The notes under the pieces: model-generated | The model's database searches: none | Told to the model about the DNA's origin: nothing | The model's input: the letters and a program-made list of their open reading frames with translations, nothing else | Part shown: positions 12,797-25,100 of the stretch, piece after piece | Layout of the letters: each line of letters begins with the position of its first letter | How positions within the stretch are numbered: the stretch's first letter is position 1 | Assembly (NCBI RefSeq): GCF_030684315.1 | Contig: NC_081369.1 | Coordinates: forward strand, 2,594,689-2,658,688 | DNA from: Stegostoma tigrinum | Lineage: Eukaryota | DNA: 64,000 nucleotides | Reading direction: 5' to 3' | Made by a program: the position numbers and the translations under genes

Positions 12797-14328
12797 TAAG
12801 AGATAACAAGGTGTAGGGCTGGATGAACACAGCAGGCCAAGCAGCACCAGAGGAGCAGGAAAGCTGATGTTTCGGGCCTCGATCGTTCTTCAGAAATGGG
12901 GGGAGCGAAGGGGATTCTGAAATAAAAAGGGAGAGATGGAGAGGCAGATTGAAAAAAGGAGAAGATAGATAGAGAGAAGACAGACAGGTCAAAGAGGTGG
13001 GGGTGGAGCCACTAAAGGTGAGTGTAGTGGGGAGTTAGGGAGGGGATTTGTCAGTCCATGAAGGATGGACAGGTCAAGGGGGTGGGAGGAGGCTAGTAGG
13101 TAGGCGATGGGGCTGGGGCTTGAGGTGGGAGGAGGGGATAGGTGGGGGGAAGGGCAGGTTAGCGAGGCAGGGACAAGCTGGTCTGGTTTTGGGACGCGGT
13201 TGGGGGAGGGGAGATTTTGAAGCTTGTGAATTCCATATTGATACCATTGGGCTGCAGGGTTCCCAGGCAAAATATGAGGTGCTGTTCCTGCAACCTACGT
13301 GTGGCACTGCAGGTGGCCCAGGAAGGACATGTTGTCTAAGGAAGTGGGATATGAAATAGTTCACGACTGGGAGGTGCAGTTGTTTGTTGCAAACCGAGAG
13401 TAGGTGCTCCACAAAGCAGTCCCCAAGTCTCCGCTTGATTTCCTCGAAGTAGAGGAGGCCACATCGGGAACAGCAGATATGGTGTACCACATTAACAGAT
13501 GTGCAGGTGAACTTTTTGTTGTGGAAAGTCTTCTTGGGGCCTGAGATGGGCATGAGGGGGAAGGTGTAGGGGCAGGTGTAACTTCCTGCAGTTGCAGGGA
13601 AAAGTGTCGTGTGTGGTGGGGCTGTCAGGGAGTGTTGTATGGACAAAGGAGTCCCAGAGAGAGTGATCCCACCTGAAAGCAAATGAGCTTCAGGAAGGAA
13701 AAGTGCTTTTGGTAGTCAGATTGCAGATGGCAGAAGCGTCGGAGGATGATGCGTTGGGCCTGGAGGTTGGTGGGGTGGTACATGAGGGCAAGGGGGATTC
13801 TATTTTGGTTGTTAATCCAGGGATCGGGTGTAAGGGATGAGTTGCAGGAAATGTGGGAGACACGGCCGAGGGCATTCTCAACCACGAAAGGTGAGGGAGG
13901 TTGTGGTCCTTGAAAAATGAGGACATCTGAGATGTACAGGAATAAAATGCCTCATGCTGGGAGCAGATGCGGAGGCAAAGGAATTGGAAATTGTGGATGG
14001 CGTTTTTGCAGGAAGGTGAGTGAGAGGAGGTGTATTCTAGGTAGCTGTGGGAGTTGGTAGGGTTGAAATGGATATCGGTTTCCAGGTGGTTGCCAGAGAT
14101 GGAAACAAAAAGGTCCAGGAGGGAGAGAAAGGTATCAGAGATGGTCCAGGTGAACTTAAGGTTGGGGTGGAAGGTGTTGGCGAAGTCGATGGACTATTCA
14201 AGCTCCTTGTGGGAGCACGAGACAGCACCAATACAGTCATAGGAAGAGATAGGGTTTAGGGCCAGTGTAGCTACAGAAGAGGCATTGTTCCATGTAACCT
14301 ACAAAGTGGCAGGCATAGCTTGGGCCCA

Positions 14329-15659
14329 AGATAATAAAATGTGAGGCTGGATGAACACAGCAGGCCAAGCAGCATCTCAGGAGCACAAAAGCTGACGTTT
14401 CGGGCCTAGACCCTTCATCAGAGAGGGGGATGGGGGGAGGGAACTGGAATAAATAGGGAGAGAGGGGGAGGCGGACCGAAGATGGAGAGTAAAGAAGATA
14501 GGTGGAGAAGGTGTGGGTGGGGAGGTAGGGAGGGGATAGGTCAGTCCAGGGAAGACGGACAGGTCAAGGAGGTGGGATGAGGTTAGTAGGTAGCTGGGGG
14601 TGCGGCTTGGGGTGGGAGGAAGGGATGGGTGAGAGGAGGAACCGGTTAGGGAGGCAGAGACAGGTTGGACTGGTTTTGGGATGCAGTGGGTGGGGGGGAA
14701 GAGCTGGGCTGGTTGTGTGGTGCAGTGGGGGGAGGGGATGAACTGGGCTGGTTTAGGGATGCAGTGGGGGAAGGGGAGATTTTGAAACTGGTGAAGTCCA
14801 CATTGATACCATATGGCTGCAGGGTTCCCAGGCGGAATATGAGTTGCTGTTCCTGCAACCTTCGGGTGGCATCATTGTGGCAGTGCAGGAGGCCCATGAT
14901 GGACATGTCATCAAGAGAATGGGAGGGGGAGTGGAAATGGTTTGCGACTGGGAGGTGCAGTTGTTTGTTGCGAACTGAGCGGAGGTGTTCTGCAAAGCGG
15001 TCCCCAAGCCTCCGCTTGGTTTCCCCAATGTAGAGAAAGCCGCACCGGGTACAGTGGATGCAGTATACCACATTGGCAGATGTGCAGGTGAACCTCTGCT
15101 TAATGTGGAATGTCATCTTGGGGCCTGGGATGGGGGTGAGGGAGGAGGTGTGGGGACAAGTGTAGCATTTCCTGCGGTTGCAGGGGAAGGTGCCGGGTGT
15201 GGTGGGGTTGGAGGGCAGTGTGGAGCGAACAAGGGAGTCACGGAGAGAGTGGTCTCTCCGGAAAGCAGACAGGGGTGGGGATGGAAAAATGTCTTGGGTG
15301 GTGGGGTCGGATTGTAAATGGCGGAAGTGTCGGAGGATAATGCGTTGTATCCGGAGGTTGGTAGGGTGGTGTGTGAGAACGAGGGGGATCCTCTTGGGGC
15401 GGTTGTGGCGGGGGCGGGGTGTGAGGGATGTGTCGCGGGAAATGCGGGAGACGCGGTCAAGGGCGTTCTCAATCACCGTGGGGGGGAAGTTGCGGTCCTT
15501 AAAGAACTTGGACATCTGGGATGTGCGGGAGTGGAATGTCTTATCGTGGGAGCAGATGCGGCGGAGGCGGAGGAATTGGGAATAGGGGATGGAATTTTTG
15601 CAGGAGGGTGGGTGGGAGGAGGTGTATTCTAGGTAGCTGTGGGAGTCGGTGGGCTTGAA
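14329..15659 (-). mobile_element. Young 5'-truncated Penelope-like element nested in the older one
   Basis: TSD atagcttgggccca (14315-14328 / 15660-15673). Open frame FKPTDSHSYL...NVVYCIHC..CGFLYIGETKRRLGDRFAEH (GIY-YIG). Nearly identical to 56810-58599. Confidence 0.92.
14392..14423 (-). ncRNA. Minimal hammerhead ribozyme motif in the PLE terminus
   Basis: CUGAUGA-A-GGGU(CUAG)GCCC-GAAAC-GUC. Confidence 0.7.
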
Positions 15660-17974
15660 ATAGCTTGGGCCCATGTGGGTACCCATGGCCACACCCTTTG
15701 ACTGTAGGAAGTGGGATGAATTGAAAGAGAAGTGGTTTAGAGTGAAGACAAGTTCAGCTAGACAGATGTGGGTGTTCTTGGAGGGGGACTGGTCAGGCCT
15801 GTGGGACAGGAAGAAGCAGAGGACCTTTAGGCCATCTGCGTCGGGAAAGCAGGTGTATAAGGACTGGACGTCCACGGTAAAGAAAATGTTTGGGGACCAA
15901 GGGATCCCAATTTTTGGAGGAAAGGGGGAGAAAATGGAGACCAGATAGGTGGGATAAGGTCAGTGGGGCAGGAGGAGGCGGAGATAATGGGTCAACCAGG
16001 GCAGTTAAGTATATGGATTTTGGGAAGGAGATAGAAGCGGGCAGTGCAGGGCTGGGGAACGATGAGGTGGGAGGCTGTGGGTGGGAGGTCAGCTGGAATG
16101 ATGAGTTTGTGGATGGTTTGGGAGATGATGATTTGGTGATCAGTGGTGGAGTCATGATCAAGGGAGCGCTAGGGAGAGGTGCCAGAGTGTTGGCGCCTGG
16201 CCTCAGCGATGTAGAGATCAGTGAGCCATACTACAACTGCGCCTGCCTTGTCCGTGGGTTTTATGGTGGTTTTAGGATAGAGCGGAGGGAGCGGGGGTGC
16301 TGCATGTTCTCTGGGGGAGGGGTTGGAGTAGGTGAGAACCCTGCAGGGTTCCCAATGGTATCAATGTGGACTTCACAAGCTTCAAAATCTCCCCTTCCCC
16401 CACTGCATCCCACACCAGCCCAGCTTGTCCCCTCCCCCCACTGCATCACAAAACCAGCCCAGCCTGTCTCCACCTCCCTAACCTGTTCTTCCTCTCACCC
16501 ATCCCTTCCTCCCACCTCAAGCTGCAACGCCATTTCCTACCTACTACCTCATCCCGCCTCCTTGACCTGTCCATCTTCCCTGGACTGATCTATTCCCTCC
16601 CTACCTCCTCACCTATACTCTCCTCTCCACCTATCTTCTTTTCTCTCCATCTTCGGTCTGCCTCCCCCTCTCTCCCTATTTATTACAGAACTCTCTTCCC
16701 ATCCCCCTCTCTGATGAAGGGTCTAGGACCGAAATGTCAGCCTTTGTGATCCTGAGATGCTGCTTGGCCTGCTGTGTTCATCCAGCTTCACACTTTGTTA
16801 TCTTGGATTCTCCAGCATCTGCAGTTCCCATTATCACTCACACTGTACTGCAAGTTTTACTTTATCAACAAAGCAAATGCATTACAAAAGAGTAAAGATA
16901 AAATGCAATAAACAAAACTATAAACTTCCATACAAATTCAAAGACGACAAGCACAGTAAAATGTATTATCCATTAATCACAAAACATACCTCTTTAAATT
17001 GCTAACAACAAAATTAGCTTTTCAGTAGTATCCAAAACGTAATGCCAGTGCAGCTCTCAACACATCTTTCAAATAATATGATGATGGTTGGTTTTAGCTA
17101 ACTGACACAACAAATTTTAGACTGGAACAATGATTGCTTCTTCCTAGAATGAAAACAAACCTGAGCTTCTCTGAACTAATGCAAGTTGGATTTTTTGGTT
17201 ATCCCAACAGTTCTGTTTATGGCCTCACAAAAACTCTTCATTTCAAGATAATCTCATTCACTTCATCTATCAAGCCCTGCTTATCAACGTTTCACAATAC
17301 ATCCATCCTAACAAACATTTGATACTCCATGTTTAACCTTGCTAATTTGCAAGAAATCAATGGCAAACAAAAGTTCATTAGTCACAGAATCCAAACCCCT
17401 CAGTGTCATGATTTGTAAATTGTTTTAGAAAAGCAATTGCCTGGTAACAAAATATTTCCAAGTTAATAATCAACATCAGACTCGCAGTGGTGGGGTGGTG
17501 AGGTGGTGAAGCTAGTTATTAACACAAAACCAGTATCTCAAGCTTACACTAAACATCATACATATAAATCCAACAGGGAAAGGGTAGCACTGAATAAAGA
17601 ATAACTTGAGTGGAAACAAATACCAGATCAATTCATCCAAAAAAATGACATTAACTTTGTTCACAATAAAACAATCAACAAATCATCTTCAAATTATGCC
17701 TGATGGTGGTATGAAACCGGAGTAGCCGCTGGACTCCAGAAATACAAAATAAGAATGAAGATTATAAACATTGAATGTTCTTGACTTGTCAAGGTGCACA
17801 TTTCTGAGATGCTGCAACAGGTTTTGTAGGAATGTACTTTGTTGAAAAGGTGGGTTGTCAAAATTGAAACATTGGTATAAACATTGGTGGGATCGAGCAC
17901 TTCTATTTGCTACCTGCAATTTAACAATCATGTTTGAGCAGAAAATATTGCCAGTTAATAAAATCAATGATGCA

Positions 17975-18350
17975 TTAGCATTGTGGTCATGTCATTGGCA
18001 TGGTAATTCAGTGACCTGGCTGAATTTTCTGAGAACATGGATTAAAATTCCTCCAATGCAGAAGGGAAAACCTGAATGCAATTTGAGAATTTCAAATTGA
18101 AAGTTAGTCTAATTGTGATCAAATATCATTCATGGCTTTTGTAATAAAAAATGTGATTATTAATGTCCATCACAGAAGGAAATGTGCTATCCTTACCAGC
18201 TCTGAGCTGAATGTGATTCAAGACCCAAAGTCATGTGGTTGACTGCTAATGGCTCTCTGAACTGTCCTCATAACCCACTCAGTTAAAGTGCAATTAGGAA
18301 TGGACAATTAATTCTGACCCAGTCAATGACACCTGCATCCAAAGAACAAA
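17975..18350 (+). mobile_element. Old SINE (SacSINE1/DeuSINE-like)
   Basis: Degenerate tRNA-like head and a tail shared with the LINE 3' ends in the window. Confidence 0.45.
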
Positions 18351-18973
18351 TTAAAACAAACTATTGTAGCCAATGATCACTTGAGCCTATTTAGCTTCAC
18401 AGAAGAAAATTGAAAGGCATAAATACTTTTACAGAACATCGTTAAAGTGGAATGACTCAGAACTAATAAAATGAGAGCTATTGCTTGCATTATCGTGGAT
18501 TGAACAACCAATTTAACTTAAAAATGCAATAAAACATGAACAAATTAAAACGAATAAAGCAATGAAAAACTGGTATGTATTTGGCACAGTTAGAACCATC
18601 CTACACTGAAAAAATTAATTGAAATCAAAATATTTTCATAATGTAACTAACAGTGAAATGGTGAAAAAAAACAATGGTACAAGAGTTTTCAAAAAGCTTA
18701 GAAAACAATGATACTTATTACGTGTAACATCGTGGTGAGCTCAAGAGAATGATGAGTTTAACAGTTAGAATGAAGCCAGTTGCTATCTTAAATGGTACAG
18801 CAAGTTTGTAGGCAAAACAGAGTTGATTCATGAGACATTAAAGGAAGAAAAACGTCAATGACTTTTTTTAAAAAACCAATTAAAGACCACAAAAAGCACT
18901 GCATCAGACAGAAAAGGATAGAAGACACCCATGTTACCAACATCACTTGATTTTTGTCTGAGTATCATTAAAT

Positions 18974-19102
18974 TCAACTGCTGGCTTTCACTGCTGCATA
19001 CAATGGAGTTGCAGTTGTGTGTTCTGGCTTCATTGTTATCCTGGGACCATTCAAATTCAGAGCAGCATAAGTCAGCTGGCATTTGTTCACGGTATGTTTG
19101 GT
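18974..19102 (-). CDS. Gene 2 terminal cytoplasmic exon (LTYAAL, PLYAAV)
   Basis: gttttacag|acc, 129 nt. Encodes TKHTVNKCQLTYAALNLNGPRITMKPEHTTATPLYAAVKASS*. Confidence 0.88.
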   Translation of the reverse strand, partial: TKHTVNKCQLTYAALNLNGPRITMKPEHTTATPLYAAVKASS

Positions 19103-22100
19103 CTGTAAAACAACAGTGAAAGTAGCTCATCATTGTTTCAAATTTCACTAAAAGTTAAGAATTCTTCAATGTTATCTCAAAACCAAATGATTATAATTAA
19201 GAAAACTGTTACTTTATTCATACATATGAACGGAAAGATAGCTCTGCATATACTGTTCTTTCATCCTGTGGCTTAGGATTTTTAGCATCCTTTGAATGGA
19301 CCAATTCAAGATGAGCATACATTAATCTGTCTTCAGCTCTTTCTTGTTTGCTCTGGAAAGTTAAAGTTTAACATTCATTAATTTCTATTTTCTGGAGCCA
19401 AGAATCAGTTTTCCATAGTAATCAATGACAATTACTTTGTCTCCATGAGTTTACTACCTCTTTGTTACATTCTTAATAGCTTAAAGCTTCTCTATTCAAT
19501 CCCATTTTCTCCACTCGACATAAATCAAAGCTTCCTCATATGCTGATATGACCCTGCTTGCAAACAATGAAACTTCATGGTTGAGTGTGTCAAGACTTGG
19601 AAGAGGAACCCTGCTAAATGCAGTTTCCTGAGCAAAAAAATTCAAATTGGATTAATTCAATATTATCAGTTTCAACATTCATATGGAATCCATTCAACAT
19701 TACATCCTGTAATAAGTTGAAGATGTTGTGTACTTTCTAAATGGAATACGTCTGAATTTCCTTTACAAAGATAAATGAAGTTACTTAAATGCATGTTTCT
19801 TCATTTGGAAATGATAGTACAAATTCAAACTGTGTGTAATAACTAAAATTTTGATTGATGCATTCGTTGGTTTAAAACTGGCATTCCTTTTTTTGCATTA
19901 AGCTTAAACTGAGGAGTTAATTACACTCATAAAAGCAATTGTTTATTTGTGAGATGAATAGTGATGAAATAATGAGATCTCCATCGTTATTTCAACAGCA
20001 CCATTTGAATGACGGCAAATGGAGCACTGAAAGTTTATTTTAGTGAAGATGAACTTGCAATCCAATGAATTTTTCATTCTCTTCTGATCTGCATCTCTGC
20101 ACCTGAGTCAGTGAAACACAAGATTTCACAACCTGACAAGACCAGGGAAATGCATTGGCAAAGCTTAGAATTGTGTTAATGATGACAAATTTAAGGGCTG
20201 TCTAGTGAATGCATGTACTACCTGCAACAAGTAAATGATTAAAAACAAATAAATAGAGATGAATGACAACGGTGTAATTGACATTACAAACACATCACTT
20301 CAGGATGATCAGGAGAACAGATTTTTTAATAATATTCAATGACATTTAGAATGGACAAAGGAAAAGAAGATATGTTAGCATTATGCTAGTAGTAATGGGT
20401 GGGATCAGTGAATAAGGATCTCAGATCAGAATAAGAAAATGAGGAATCTTCTATGGTGGAGCTAAGGTACAGCAAGCAGCAAGGAACATTGGCAGTTGCT
20501 GACAAGCCACAAACAGTAGTAGTAACGTGAAACATACATAAATAAAATGATTTGTGACGTGTGGTACATAGCTTTTGCAACAATCATGGCTGGATTCAAT
20601 TTAGATAAAGGCTCAATAAACTAATGAGCATGAAAGCTGTAAAGGATGAGTTTTTGAGTGTTTCAGGGATAGTTTTCTGGAGCAGTATGTTGAGGAACAG
20701 ACTGGAGTAATATATCCATCTCATAATATGTGACAAAAAGTAGTTATTTAACAATGTTGTTGTAAGAGAATCTTGAAACCTGAGTAACTGTACAATGATA
20801 AAATTATTCATGAAAAATATCACAGTTGCATTTGTAATACAATAAATCATGTCTTTCGATATGTTCTTTTTACATTACTGGCTAAGTTGTACTTAAATCA
20901 AGAAAGACAAATAGGAGGCTGGGTGAGCACAGCAAACCAGGCAGCATCTAGGGGAAAGGAGAAGCCAATGTTTTGGGCATTACCCTTCTACAGGACTGAT
21001 GTGGTGGTAGGGGGAGCTGCAGAAAAAATGGAATGGGGAATGGGAGGGAAACAGAATGGTGGTGATGGATGGATTTTGGTAGTAAGTGTGACAGGATTGG
21101 TAGATGGGAGAGATGAATCTGGTTGGTGGCTGGAAGGGAGGGTCAGAAGGTAAAATGAAACAGAGGAGGTGAGGATGGAAGGGGAGGTGGAAATGGGTGG
21201 GAAGGCTATTTGAAATTGGACAACTCAATTTTGAGTCCTCCAGGCTGTAGGGTGCCCAGGCGGAAGATAAGGTGGTGTTGTTCTGAGCTGATGCGACACT
21301 GGAGGAGGCCAAGAACAGACATGTCTGAGGGGGTTGGGGTGTGGTGAGTAGAAATAGACAGCAACCAGGAGGTTAGGCTTGCCGCTACTGGTGCGGTGAT
21401 GCTCGGTGAAAAGATCACCTGGTCTATGTTTAGTCACATGAATGTATAGAAGACCATATAAGGTGCACCAGGTGCAATAGACCAGGTTGGAGGAGATGCA
21501 GGTAAAGCTCTGTCTCACCGTGAAGGACTGTTTACAGCCCAGGATAGAGGAGAGGGAGATAGTGTGTGGGCAGGCGTTGTGTCTTTTATGGTTACAGGGC
21601 AAGGTAATAAACAGGTTGGAGTGGTTGGTTGGGAGTGTGGTGCAAACTAAGAAGACAGAGAGAGGTGGGGAGTGAAAGATTTCTGGGTAGTGGGGGCTAT
21701 TTGCATTTGGTGGAAGTGTTTGAGGAAGATACATTGGATGCAAAGGCTGGTGGGATGGAAAGTGAGGACAAGGGCCACCCTCTCTTTATTATGTTTGGGG
21801 TGGAGCACGTGGTTAAGAGCTGTCGAGTGGAGAATGGAGGAGGTGTGGTGGAGATCTGTCTGGATGACAGAGGTGGGAAAAGAGCATTGTTTGAAAAAGG
21901 TGGACATCTGGGATGCTTGAGGATAGACATTGTGAGACCAGATGTGACGAACATGAAGAAATTATGAAAACGGGATGGTGTTTTTGCAGGATACAGGGTG
22001 GGAGGATGTGTAGTCCAAGTAGCTATGGGAGTCTGTGGGTTGAGAGTAAATGTCGGTCCATAAACTGTTTCCAGAAATGGAAACACAGAATTGAAGAAAG

Positions 22101-25100
22101 GGAAGGGAGGTGTCTGAGATATGCCAAGGGAATTTGAGCATGAGGTGGAAGTTGTTAGTGAAGTGAAAGTACTGCTCCAGTTCAGCCTGGGTGCAGGATG
22201 CAGCCCCGATGCTGTCATAGATGTAATGGCAGAAAATTTGGGAAATGGTGCCAGTGTACATACTGAAGAGGGACTATTCGACAAAAAGGCAGGAATTGTT
22301 GAGGCCCACGCGGGTGAGCATGGCAATCACTTGATTTGGAGAAAGTGGGAAGAATTGAAGGAAAAGTTATTGAGGGTGAGGACTAGTTCAGCGAGACAGA
22401 GGAAGGTGTTGCTGGAGGGGACCTGAAGCAGTCTGTTGGAGAGTAAAAGACTGAGGGCCTGTAGGACGTCCTTGTAGGGAATAGATGCGTAGAGGGATTG
22501 CACATCCATGTTAAAGATGAATCACTGGGGGCCAGGGAACTGGAAGTTTCCATAGAACATGGTTTGTGCTCCAGATGTTAGTGGGGAATGCCTGGAACAA
22601 AGCGATGAAAATGGAGCCGAGATAGGTCAAGGCAGTAAAACCTTTTGACTTCATACAGATAGATTAAAGCATATTATTTTATTTGCAAAGTTGGATTCAT
22701 TCAGATGAATTTCAAAGCAAAGTTGATGACAAAAAGGCTTACCTCATCTTTGTGTTGAATAGGATTTCTTACTTCTTCCTTTGAACCTGGTGACAATAAA
22801 TTCAGCATTAATTGTCAAGAGAGATGTGATGTTTGCATTCGTCTGTGAGCGAACAAAATACCACATAATTCGAATAACCACACGCTATTTCAGGCAAATT
22901 GGATTGAGAATGTAACTCAAAATGTTGAACACAAATGCAACATATGTCTTGAAGCTGTGGAAAATTACTTCATCAGTGAAATTCACCAGACTGCAGTCAG
23001 ATCTGAAAAGATTGACTTTTGCATTACAAAGCTATGAACGTGAACATGTCATGCTACTGTTGAAGCGAAACAACTGCCTGCAAGTAGTTTCATATGTATT
23101 TATTTTAACTCGACAAGTCAGATTTCATTACCTAATTATGTGAAATTCAGGTTGTTTAATCAACACTTGAATGGAAGTTATTTCAGTTAGTGCATACATA
23201 TATATTCCTATTCGTACCTTTAGTTCTAATGAAGAGAAAACACTTCACAATCATCACTGTGCATAATAGAATTGCAAGTGCTCCAATTGCATACCCAGCA
23301 ACAACAGCAACAATGCTTTTCGAAGCAAAATCTATTAGATGGACATAAAACTAAAATTAGAAATTGTATTGGAAAGCAGAGACATACAAATTTAAATATC
23401 ACATGCTTCATTTCTCATGAAGCCAACTTGTTAGTATTCTAATACTGTTCATGAAATCACATATATCAATTTCTCCAGCCAGTTTTCCGAAATGCCGTCG
23501 GATATAAAAAGGGCAAGTCATAGGGATTTGGGGAAATTACAGCAATGATGAAGAAATTTGAATGATCATCTTTTAATTAATCAAAACAAAGACAATTTAT
23601 GTATCCAACACCAGCCGTATTCGATTGCCACGAGTACAGATCAGGGAACAGTTATGTCGGACAACGTTCTTCAAGATTCACTTTGGAGCATAAGGTCATT
23701 GACACCATCTTAAACAACATTTTTCTCCATGTGCAACCAATCTAACTGTTGAGGGGGAAAATTACATAGTTACAGTATACTCAGCTAACAATGCAGAGCT
23801 CTAAGCTCTTGGCTCTTGGATTTTAATGCCACCAGTGCAGAAGGTGACATTTGAATTTATTAAACACCTGGAATGGTGTTCATGTTAAAAACGCTGGTCT
23901 ATTTGCCACAGGAAAAGTGTTGTTAAACTTGAAAGGGTTCAGCAAAGGTTTACAAAGATGTTGCCAGGCTTGAAGGGTTTAAGCGAAAGAGAGAAAGGCA
24001 GAGTCGGCTGGTCCTTTTTCTCTCTGGAGGTTGAGGGTCAATTTATCGAGGCTTTTATAGTCACAGGGCCCTGGATAGGGTGAATAGCCATTGCCTTTTG
24101 TCCAGGGTAAGGGAGTCAAAATGAGAGGGCATAGGTTTAAGGTGAGAGGGGAAAGATTTAAAAGGGACTCAAGGTGCAATTTTTTTACGCAGAGGGTTGA
24201 GCATGTTTGGAACGAACTTCTAGAGAAGTGGTAGAGGCTGGTACAATTACAACATTCTGAAGGCATCTGGAAAAGTGTATAAGTAAAAAGTGTTTGGAGA
24301 GATATGAAGCAATGCTAGCAAATGCGACTCGATTAATTTAGGATATCTGTTGTAAAGACCATCTCGATTACTCTAAGACCAGGTAGTTTACTTAATGTCC
24401 TTTTGGAAGTCATTCTGCCATCATTAATTGGCCTTCATGTGACTCACTGCACATGCGGTGGTTTTAACTGCTGTCTAGGCAATTACGTACAGACAATAAA
24501 TGTCCGCCAATAATAACACATTCAATGAATTCAAAGAAATAACCAAACTCTGTTTCATAATATGATGAATAGGGAAATTCACCATGCACTGCTTGGTTCC
24601 TGAATGTATGTGAAGATATTCAATCGACTATAAAAGTAATAGCTACGCAAGGGACTGCTCAATGAATAGCAAGACACCAGGAAGCTCAGAGGAACAGGCA
24701 AATCTTGGACCCTTCATTCACAGATCACTGAAGGTGGCAGAGCAGGTAAACAGGATGGTTAAGAAACAGACACAGAAAAGTACAAGGTCACTACAAAACA
24801 ACCTCTTTTAGCTTGGAGCGATACATAATATTGTGTAGTTAAAAGGGAACTGCCTCGTAAGTGTTCTCAGCCTGTTTTTGCCCAGTGGGCTGCCCAGGAA
24901 AGATCTAAAGATACAACCAAAGAGTGAAACAGCATGTAAAATTAGATTCAGAGCAGGTATGATATCAGGGACTGTGCCTCACTCATTTGGACTTCCACCA
25001 TAGGTCGTGAGACAGGTGCTGTGGAGTTGGAGATAGAGCTCCAAGTACTGCCATCGCCAAAGTCCTCGGGGAGTAGGAAGGCAGTGTGAAACTCACATAT

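Larger units (their letters stand above)
12797..16837 (-). mobile_element. Older Penelope-like element (RT + GIY-YIG remnants) with an inverted 3' segment (about 16345-16837) and a nested younger copy
   Basis: RT DVQSLYT..GVAMGTHMGPSY and GIY-YIG remnants. Both ends carry the same terminal sequence in opposite orientation. Confidence 0.88.

Noticed and set aside
23226-23411. Cys-rich ORF (HCCCCCW)
   Set aside because: It is an alternative frame of the gene 2 TM exon.
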